From positions 344 to 64,343 of the forward strand of contig JBLMZS010000055.1 in the NCBI GenBank assembly GCA_050258935.1: 64,000 nt of DNA, written 5' to 3'. Source of the DNA: Bacteroidota bacterium. GTDB taxonomy: Bacteria; Bacteroidota; Ignavibacteria; Ignavibacteriales; SURF-24. Positions 19,827-27,575 of this stretch are shown piece by piece (the first letter of the stretch is position 1; each line of letters opens with the position of its first letter). The position numbers and the translations under genes were made by a program. A model generated the notes under the pieces. The model saw only the letters and a list, made by a program, of their open reading frames with translations. It was not told the DNA's origin and searched no databases.

Positions 19827-20870
19827 TCAGACGTTTGCAGCCTGTTTCTGGAAAATCTTCTGGAATTCTTTTTCTTCTCTCGACTTCCAGGAGCCTTTGT
19901 GGTATGCATAACCTGTGATAAGAGGCATGGCAATGGTAGCCTCGGCATAGACCATCTGCTCGTATGTAGTTTCAACTTTTCCCCATGAGCTGGCTTCTTT
20001 CAGTGTCGAACCGGAAAGTGCGCCGTCTCTTTCGTCTGCCACAGTGATCTGGACAGCATACTTGTGCATAGAAGGATTTTCTTCGAGCAGGTCAGCTGCA
20101 ACAACGATATCCTGTGTAAAGTTTTTCGGGACACCGCCGCCTATCATGAATATGCCGGTTTCTTTTGCTTTTATTTTTATCTGTGTAAGCTCGAGGAAAT
20201 CCTTTGCAGAGTCTATCGAAACATGGCTTTCAGGGTTTTTGGTCTGGTGCATAACGAAACCAAAACCGGCCGAACAGTCAGAGAATGCAGGAACAAATAT
20301 CGGAACATTCTTTTTGTATGCGGCATACACTATTGAATCCTCAACCTTCGGTCCGCCGTTGTTTTCCAGATATTTGCCCATTTCCCATATGAATTCACGC
20401 GAAGAATATGGTCTGTGTTCCAGGCTGTCTGCAATTTTGCCGATTGTTTCGTCGCATATTCTCAGTTCATCCTCATCGATATATGTATCGTAGATGCGGT
20501 CAATAGCAAGCTCTCTCAGTTCGTTATCATCGCTCCATTTGGTGCCTATGTAGTGTCTGAAACCCAGCGCTTCGAAGAAATCCTGATCCACTATGAGTGC
20601 ACCGGTAGATACTACTGCATCCACCATGTTGTTCATGATCATATCATAGACGATCTTCTTCAGGCCTGCGCTGAAAATACTGCCGGCAAGAGTAAGAATG
20701 ACAGCACACTTTTTATCCTTCAGCATCATATCGTAGATCTGGGCGGCACGGTTGAGCTCTCTGGCAGAGAAAGCCATTTTTTCCATGGCTTCAACCAAAG
20801 GAACAACGTTGTGCTGCTTAATATCTATGTGTTTTATTTCTTCCTTCAGGAAGTCTTTTTTCTGCTTCAT
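19827..20870 (-). CDS. Deoxyhypusine synthase-family protein (bacterial DHS homolog; possibly homospermidine-synthase-like)
   Basis: 347 aa. ILTLAGSIFSAGLKKIVYDMIMNNMVDAVVSTGALIVDQDFFEALGFRHYIG...DDNELRELAIDRIYDTYI follows the DHS pattern as I recall it. Confidence 0.78.
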   Translation of the reverse strand: MKQKKDFLKEEIKHIDIKQHNVVPLVEAMEKMAFSARELNRAAQIYDMMLKDKKCAVILTLAGSIFSAGLKKIVYDMIMNNMVDAVVSTGALIVDQDFFEALGFRHYIGTKWSDDNELRELAIDRIYDTYIDEDELRICDETIGKIADSLEHRPYSSREFIWEMGKYLENNGGPKVEDSIVYAAYKKNVPIFVPAFSDCSAGFGFVMHQTKNPESHVSIDSAKDFLELTQIKIKAKETGIFMIGGGVPKNFTQDIVVAADLLEENPSMHKYAVQITVADERDGALSGSTLKEASSWGKVETTYEQMVYAEATIAMPLITGYAYHKGSWKSREEKEFQKIFQKQAANV

Positions 20871-21042
20871 TTTGTCTCCTGTATTTATATTGTTATTGTT
20901 TACCTATGCCGGAATTTCCAAACCTGTAATATAAACTTTTTACACGATATATAAAATATCAATGAATGATTAACAGAAGCGTATAAAGTACAAATCAGAG
21001 TGGATTGCGAAGTGTGCAGAACTGACCGGCTATTACAACTGT

Positions 21043-21080
21043 GCATATCTCCGCGGACTTGCTGCTCCGCAGAGATATGC
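21043..21080 (-). terminator. Hairpin 12 nt downstream of the DUF3160 gene stop (no U-tract)
   Basis: GCATATCTCCGCGGA pairs with TCCGCAGAGATATGC in a 15-bp stem with one mismatch. Confidence 0.45.
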
Positions 21081-21091
21081 TGAAATAATTG

Positions 21092-23659
21092 TTATTTAAT
21101 ATAGGTCATCTTTCCTGAAACGGACATGTCGCCGCTGCTCAGTCTGTAGAGGTATATCCCGCTTGAGATGCCATGACCTTCGTCAGTTTTGGCATCCCAC
21201 TGAATTATATAGTTTCCATCTGAGAGAGCCTCTTTCAGCAGATGCCTGACCACCTTGCCCTGTATATCATAAATTATCAGTTCTGCAGGTTTGTTCCTCT
21301 GTTCGTAAGGGATTGTAAACTTTATTATAGTGGACGGATTAAACGGGTTGGGATAGTTAACAGCGGTCAGGTATTTTGGTCCTAAATTCCGGTTATCTGT
21401 TTCATCTTCAACACCTGTTGCAATTGAAGCAGCCGCACCTGCCGAAGCCCCTGATTTATCAGCCATGTATATGTTTGTAAAGAACGGAGCTGACGGGGGA
21501 GAACTGCTGTCCAGTATCTGGCCCCATTCTTCGTCAGTAAGCCTGTTGAAATTTGCAGTCAGATATTCGTAATAACTCATTACGGGTCCTGCATATGCAA
21601 TATTCCGCCCGTCAATGTCCGGGGCAACGAATATGCCCATATTTAACTTGCCGGTTCCTGCGTGTAATACCCAACCGACAGGCACTCCAAATTCATCCGC
21701 AGGTGATGTGTGGACATCAGCCACAATTCGGTTAATTGTGCTCATATCGTTTGGAATAAGTCCCGAATTAAAAAAGAGTTCACCATACCATCCTCCGTAG
21801 GGAGGTGAGCCGCACATACCATTCTGTTTAACCAGAGTTCTTCCGAGGAAACTCAGCTCTTCATTGGTAAGATTCTCCCTATTTAATTCTTTACGGGCAA
21901 TCGAATATAATGTATCTGAGCACGATCTTAGTCTTTCCAGATATGTTGAAGCTGACTTATCACCGGCGTTCAGTTCTTTTAAAATACTCATCCAGTTTTC
22001 CGCCAGCGTCCTGACTGCAAGGTAGAATTCGGGAATTGGTTCGACATAAACATAGGGGTAAGAACAGATAGGCATACCGGAGTATGATTGCTTACCGTAA
22101 AGTATATTGTCGTGCCTGAGCTGAGTCCATGATGCAAGCTGTGTATTCATCTTCTCCTGCCACCACGCGGCTGTCTGCATGAAAGGCGGCAGAGAAGTTC
22201 TGTCAGACGGGGGATTCAGCTTTCTTATGGAATTCAGCCATCCAAGGTAAATTGACGAGTTCCAGAATTCCGTTCCGTAATTATTCATTATGTAGCGCAG
22301 CATCGCCAGGTTGGAAGCATAATGGTATTTTTCAATATCTTCTTTGAGCAGCCTGGCAGCCGGATCATTTCCCAGTGCGTACAGAATATCGAGCTCCTTG
22401 GGCAGCATTCTTTTGGGGCGCTGACCGTTAAAACTTATCCTGTCGAATACCACCTGACCGGTCACATAGGAATCCGGAATAAATCTCTGTCCGAACAAAG
22501 CAAACGCGGAAGGCGGGACAAGGCTGTCCGGACTGTCGAAACCTGTCAGCAGTATTTGTGACATTATTTTCTGGTACGCGTATGATTTTGAGCCGAGCGT
22601 CTTTTGAAATTTACTAAATAAACTATCCGAAAGCAGCATCTCCGGAGATGTAATACCTGCGCTTGCCGACAAGTCAGCAAGATTTCCCATGGTTACGTTA
22701 TCGCATTCACCGATAAATTTCTCCATGAATGCATCAATACCCGAATAAATTTCATAATTGCCGGATAAATGGGTGGCCTCCGACAACAGCATCGCCAGTA
22801 CTGACTGTCTTTGTAGGTCTTCTCTGGCCGGTGAGGGGAAAATCGCTCTGGGAGCTGAAAACCATAAATCGGCTTTGGCAAACCACATCATGACCTTGAA
22901 ATATTCCTGGAATTCCGGAAATGTCTGGATGGTATAATGTCCGCGCGGTTCAAACTGACTGAAATCGATATTCCTCAGCGTACTGGAAAATAGGAACAGA
23001 TCCATGGGCTTGAAATTGTTTATAAATCCGACAATAGAATCTGTCTTTCCCGAAATTTCATCGAAATAACACTTAGCGTTACTGTCAAATATTTTCATCG
23101 GAACAGAAATGAAAACGTCATAATCCATTAGTGAAGTTTTCATTGCGGGAATGGAAGCGTATTTCTTTTCCAGTATTGGCAGCGCGGTTTTAAGTCTGGT
23201 GAGGTAGTTGCGCAGGTTAGGAATAAGATATTGAAATTCGGAATGCATGAGCATCATATCATAAGACATATGTATCGAATGCAGAATTGCATCGGTTGAA
23301 ATAAACAGCGGCATATCTTTGTGGAATATATCGGCAAAAACTTCCATAAAGGAATTATAAGAAAGTCTCTGACTTACCATAAAGCCGTTTTTTCCTATCA
23401 GTTCTTTTTCATATTCAGTCAGAGAATATTTTATTGAAAGCGAGTCGAGATACAGTGCATTGAGCGGTAAACCGCTGACGCGGGTATCGAAGTCTCCCGC
23501 GGGATTCAGTACTTCAAGATCCCCTGAAGTCATGTTCTGATGAGAGTTGAGATAATCCCGGTAAGCTTTCAGTTCTTCGTCAGGTGTTTGTGCTGTTGCA
23601 GTTGAAAAAGACAAAAATAAAAGAAGTGCAAAAACTGAAAATAAATTTCTTGTTTTCAT
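21092..23659 (-). CDS. Secreted DUF3160-like protein with T9SS C-terminal sorting domain
   Basis: I prefer the start at MKTRNLFSVFALLLFLSFSTATAQ (signal peptide; ATG comp 23657-23659). The body resembles DUF3160 from memory. The C-terminus NYPNPFNPSTIIKFTIP...GIYLYRLSSGD...MTYIK is a T9SS type-A sorting domain. Confidence 0.6.
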   Translation of the reverse strand: MKTRNLFSVFALLLFLSFSTATAQTPDEELKAYRDYLNSHQNMTSGDLEVLNPAGDFDTRVSGLPLNALYLDSLSIKYSLTEYEKELIGKNGFMVSQRLSYNSFMEVFADIFHKDMPLFISTDAILHSIHMSYDMMLMHSEFQYLIPNLRNYLTRLKTALPILEKKYASIPAMKTSLMDYDVFISVPMKIFDSNAKCYFDEISGKTDSIVGFINNFKPMDLFLFSSTLRNIDFSQFEPRGHYTIQTFPEFQEYFKVMMWFAKADLWFSAPRAIFPSPAREDLQRQSVLAMLLSEATHLSGNYEIYSGIDAFMEKFIGECDNVTMGNLADLSASAGITSPEMLLSDSLFSKFQKTLGSKSYAYQKIMSQILLTGFDSPDSLVPPSAFALFGQRFIPDSYVTGQVVFDRISFNGQRPKRMLPKELDILYALGNDPAARLLKEDIEKYHYASNLAMLRYIMNNYGTEFWNSSIYLGWLNSIRKLNPPSDRTSLPPFMQTAAWWQEKMNTQLASWTQLRHDNILYGKQSYSGMPICSYPYVYVEPIPEFYLAVRTLAENWMSILKELNAGDKSASTYLERLRSCSDTLYSIARKELNRENLTNEELSFLGRTLVKQNGMCGSPPYGGWYGELFFNSGLIPNDMSTINRIVADVHTSPADEFGVPVGWVLHAGTGKLNMGIFVAPDIDGRNIAYAGPVMSYYEYLTANFNRLTDEEWGQILDSSSPPSAPFFTNIYMADKSGASAGAAASIATGVEDETDNRNLGPKYLTAVNYPNPFNPSTIIKFTIPYEQRNKPAELIIYDIQGKVVRHLLKEALSDGNYIIQWDAKTDEGHGISSGIYLYRLSSGDMSVSGKMTYIK

Positions 23660-23957
23660 TGTTGTCCCCAAAATAAAATACATCAGACTAATAATGCAAC
23701 GTTTAGTCAAAAAAGTCAATATATATTATTCGCATATAGCGTTCAAAGTAATTGATGCAGAAATTTCGTTATACGTTCTGACCTTCACATACAAGAAATA
23801 AAAACGGGCTCTGGTCTTTTTGATTTGGGAACCTCACATCGAGGGCAGGAATTCGCATTCCGCTCTCTGTGATGTCTACTTTAAAGATCCGTTTAGAGTA
23901 ACGGAATAATTATCTGGCTTTCCTGAAATAATTCTTCACGGGTATTAAAAGAAGAGT

Positions 23958-24107
23958 TTAGAATGAATGTGAAATATTGAATTCTTTAGTGAGGATTCCA
24001 CCGTGCTTTTTTTCATTCTTTTTGTCTCTTTTTGCCATCTTTTTTTCTTTCATTGTTTTGGCTGGTTCTTTCTTCGAATCTCTTTTAATGTCATGATGCT
24101 TGCTCAT
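23958..24107 (-). CDS. Small Lys-rich hydrophilic protein, 49 aa (below the ORF-track cutoff)
   Basis: My translation is MSKHHDIKRDSKKEPAKTMKEKKMAKRDKKNEKKHGGILTKEFNISHSF. A strong SD precedes it (AAAGGAGACAGCC-ATG). The conserved 35-nt motif lies 95 nt upstream. Confidence 0.45.
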   Translation of the reverse strand: MSKHHDIKRDSKKEPAKTMKEKKMAKRDKKNEKKHGGILTKEFNISHSF

Positions 24108-24202
24108 GGCTGTCTCCTTTTATTTAGATTTCCTGCGGATTATTACTTGCGTCCTGAAGTAAAACTTCTCTGATTTATAATATAGCAGAAATACCTAGCT
24201 CT

Positions 24203-24237
24203 ACAATAAGGCAAAGGGATGAAACAGGGACTACATC
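24203..24237 (-). promoter_or_regulatory. Conserved 35-nt motif, copy A (GATGTAGTCC-N4-TTCATCCCT-N7-ATTGT)
   Basis: The minus strand reads GATGTAGTCCctgtTTCATCCCTttgccttATTGT. All 24 fixed positions and the spacing are identical to copy B at 27310-27344. It lies 95 nt upstream of the small-ORF ATG. Confidence 0.45.
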
Positions 24238-24354
24238 TTTCGGGCTATCACCTGGTCGTACGAGCGAAAGGGAACAGACGATGCCGCCTGTTTTTCAATC
24301 CTGCGGCAAAAGACGGATTTCGGTTTAATACTGTGAGCACCGCAGGAAATGGGG

Positions 24355-26907
24355 CTATTTTTGCCATAATATTTGTGAGGCTTCCAATGGGACAGAAACG
24401 CCATTATAGTGGGGTATCAATCTCACCGTATAGTCTGCTGCAGGCCGGGTTGCAGGTATCGTTATGCTGTAAATGTAAATACCGGTTTCATCCTGCACCT
24501 GCCGTTTATGTTTCATCTGATACAGCAACGGACACCTGCAATCTATCCCGTCAGCGAACAGCTCCACTCGAACCGCATTCGTGTCAATGCCGTTGAGGCA
24601 GACCTCAACTTCAAATATCTGGTTTTGTCCGTCCTCTCTAATTTCCATTTTACCAAACCGCATCATACTCCACTTCTGCAGCATAGAATGTCGCCAGTTC
24701 ACCAGGTCGGCGCCCATTGCCCCTTTATCGGAAGCGCGTTTAATATAGGTTGAGGCAGCAGGAATGTAATGCTTGCCGGTATATTCCCGAACGGTGCGGT
24801 TTGCCGAAAAGTGAGGGGTCAGAGTCGCCATACTTTCACGAATACGCGCTATCCAGGCAGTAGGAAATCCCTGCTCATTGCGGTTATAAAACTCGGGTAT
24901 CAATTCCTGTTCGAGCAGGTTGTAGAGTGCATCTGCTTCCACAGCATCCCATGCAGGATCGTTGTCATGTTCCTGGCCGTCTCCGATGGCCCACCCTGCA
25001 GCTGGTGTGTATGCTTCGGCCCACCAGCCGTCCAGCTCAGAGAGATTGAGACCCCCATTGACAAGCACTTTCATACCACTGGTTCCGCTAGCTTCCCATG
25101 GGCGCCGCGGTGTATTTATCCATACATCTACCCCCTGCACAAGGTGCTCAGTCAAATGCATATCATAGTCGCTGAGGAATACTGCGTGGCGGCGCACTTC
25201 TGGCCGCCGGATAAAACCAGTCCATTCTTTTATCAGTTCCTGCCCAGCCTGGTCATTCGGGTGAGCCTTGCCGGCAATAATGAGCTGAACAGGGTGTCGC
25301 GAATCAGTCAGTATATGAAGCAGTCTTTCCGGATCATGCAGCAGCAGATTTGGTCTTTTGTAGGGTGCGAAGCGGCGTGCGAAGCCGAGAGTCAATGCTT
25401 CATGATCGAATAAGTAGTTTATATTTTTTACAATTCCCGGAGATGCTCCTGACTCGGCAAGCTGCCGGGACAGCCGTTCGCGGGCATATTCAACGAGGGA
25501 CTTACGCGCGACGGCGCGAAATTGCCAAAGTCTGGAATCTGAGATGCTCCGTATATTCTCAGCGAGTGTTTCTGTTGTCCCCAGCCAGCGGTCTTTCCCG
25601 CAGGTTTCGGTCCATAGTTCGTCGGCCTCCGCCGAATCCCAGGTCGGCATATGGACTCCGTTGGTAACATATCCGACTGGGATTTCATCTGCAGGCCAGC
25701 GCGGGAACAGGGGTTCAAACAGGTGGCGGCTGACTTCTCCATGCAGCCGGCTTACTCCATTAACTGCACCGCTGCCGCGTATAGCCAGATAAGCCATATT
25801 AAAATACTCGTATGGATCATCAGGGTTTTGCCGTCCAAGAGCAAGCAAGTCGCGGGTTGTTATACCCAGTCCGGTCCGGGCATACCAGTCAAGGTACTGC
25901 TCAATAAGGGCAGGAGCGTAGCGGTCAAAACCCGCGGCCACCGGAGTGTGTGTCGTGAACAGGTTGCCTGCCCGCGTAACAGCCAGCGCAGCTTCAAAAG
26001 ACCGGCCAGTATCCTCCATGAAACATCTTGCTCGCTCCAGTATGGCCAGTGCAGCATGTCCTTCATTCAAGTGGCAGACTTCAGGGTGTATATCCAGTGC
26101 ACGGAGCAGCTACCATCCACCAATCCCGAGCAGGAGTTCCTGTTTAAGACGCAATTCGGGTCCGCCACCGTACAGTTCACTGGTAATGCCCCGATGTGCC
26201 GGAAAGTTTGCCGCATCATTGCTGTCTAGCAGATAAAGTTTCACTCTGCCGACCTGAACCTGCCAGGCTTTCAGCCAGACCGAATAACCGGGCAATGTGA
26301 TCTCCAACCTCAGCCACTCGCCGTTTGCCTGCCGCAGAGGTGAGATAGGTAACTGTCCGGGTTCGTTATATGGGAAAAGGGCCTGCTGTTCTCCATCTTT
26401 TCCAATTATCTGCCGGAAATATCCCTGCTGGTACAGAAGTCCGACCCCAACAACGGGCACACCCAAATCGCTGGCTGCCTTGAGCTGGTCTCCCGCCACA
26501 TTACCAAGCCCGCCGGAATATATAGGCAGAGCTTCACTGAGCATAAATTCCATGCTGAAATATGCGACACATGTTAAAGGGGATTTGGGATGATTTTGCT
26601 GGAACCATGCACGTGATTCCGTAGCACTGCTCTTCGCTTGAATATGTTCATTCAGTTCGTTCCGGAAATCGGGGTCGGCCAGAATCTGTTCGAGTTTTTC
26701 ACGCGAAGTGGTCTGCAGGATTGCCCATGGATTTTGGGTGAGTTCCCACAATTCCGGGTCAAGCTTTCTCCATACTCCGTCAGCATAATGACTCCATGAC
26801 CACCTCATATCAAGTGCCAGCTCGGCTAGTGCACTGAATCCCTCAATTTCTGTATGAAATAAATCCTCGATCCGACTGCTGTGCGGTATATGCGTATTCA
26901 TCATCAT
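24355..26907 (-). pseudogene. glgP: Alpha-glucan phosphorylase (GlgP family, DUF3417-type N-terminus) interrupted by one in-frame TAG
   Basis: The track ORFs 26110-26907 and 24355-26070 are in the same frame. The junction reads [36 protein letters not shown], with the TAG at comp 26110-26112. Family blocks run continuously across the stop (the LNEGH motif, and the N-terminal DMRWSWSH). Confidence 0.8.
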
Positions 26908-27022
26908 TTGTATTAGTCCGACAGTTCATAATATTTCAATTTTCCGGAAGTATGTTCTGCAGTGCTTCCTGTACTATATCGCAACTTTGATCATGACGAA
27001 GTCTATTGAAGCTAGATTGCAG

Positions 27023-27208
27023 TCAAATACGAATAGATCTGAGGCCTTCAATGAGGCCGAAACCACTAAGGAGCCAGATTATTACAACAATAATTACAAC
27101 CGCATTCAGGATTTTCCTGATGGTAGACTGCATAGGAATGTATTTGTTAATCAGCCAGAGTATGACTCCGATAACTACCAAAATGAGTACTAATTCGATT
27201 AATGACAT
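27023..27208 (-). CDS. Small two-TM membrane protein, 61 aa (Thivi_2564-family-like)
   Basis: MSLIELVLILVVIGVILWLINKYIPMQSTIRKILNAVVIIVVIIWLLSGFGLIEGLRSIRI. I chose the internal ATG (comp 27206-27208) because of its SD, AAAGGAGAAATACA-ATG. The sequence resembles the short family I remember under that name. Confidence 0.6.
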   Translation of the reverse strand: MSLIELVLILVVIGVILWLINKYIPMQSTIRKILNAVVIIVVIIWLLSGFGLIEGLRSIRI

Positions 27209-27309
27209 TGTATTTCTCCTTTCATGTTCGTCCGCTGGAATAGATGCCGATACCATTCTTAAGGATTTCACATCAGTTTAACTTAAACATAAAACTTATA
27301 TACAATGAA

Positions 27310-27344
27310 ACAATCGTTCCTAGGGATGAAAAAAGGACTACATC
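27310..27344 (-). promoter_or_regulatory. Conserved 35-nt motif, copy B
   Basis: The minus strand reads GATGTAGTCCttttTTCATCCCTaggaacgATTGT. It lies 101 nt upstream of the ATG of the 61-aa membrane protein. Confidence 0.45.
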
Positions 27345-27369
27345 CCTTTAGATTCCGTTATGCCGGCGA

Positions 27370-27420
27370 AATGGATTTAATCCCTTTTTCATCCTTCTGA
27401 CCGATGGAATTAAATCCATT
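27370..27420 (+). promoter_or_regulatory. Perfect 12-bp inverted repeat in the mgtA upstream region
   Basis: AATGGATTTAAT (27370-27381) and ATTAAATCCATT (27409-27420) are separated by a 27-nt spacer. The spacer contains TTTTTCATCC (27385-27394), which is complementary to GGATGAAAAA (27324-27333). Confidence 0.4.
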
Positions 27421-27575
27421 CTGTATGTATTTTATAATAGAATTCAGTGAAGAGGGCAGATATTTATCCCATCAGCCTAATGTATATAGTTTTGGATCTT
27501 GAAATATTCTGAGTATCGGCCGGATGGCAGTAACCGTTTTATCAGCATGTGATATTGATAAATGAGGAATATTTA

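Noticed and set aside
26110-26112. The in-frame TAG in glgP as programmed recoding (pyrrolysine, or a reassigned stop).
   Set aside because: TAG terminates other well-defined genes in the window (835-837 and 53107-53109). No pyl-type genes or recoding signals are visible. A nonsense mutation or sequencing error is more parsimonious.
24219-26236. A cluster of plus-strand ORFs (24219-24596, 24769-25413, 25651-26229 and others) opposite glgP.
   Set aside because: The minus strand encodes a continuous, motif-rich alpha-glucan phosphorylase. The higher G+C of this segment explains the long open antisense frames.
27345-27575. An M-box (ykoK) Mg2+ riboswitch or an enterobacterial mgtA leader with an mgtL-type peptide upstream of mgtA.
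   Set aside because: I could not find the conserved M-box strings I remember (GUUAGGUGAGGCU..., ...GCUAAAGCUCUACG), nor a proline-rich leader ORF. The region is reported only as an unassigned structured region.
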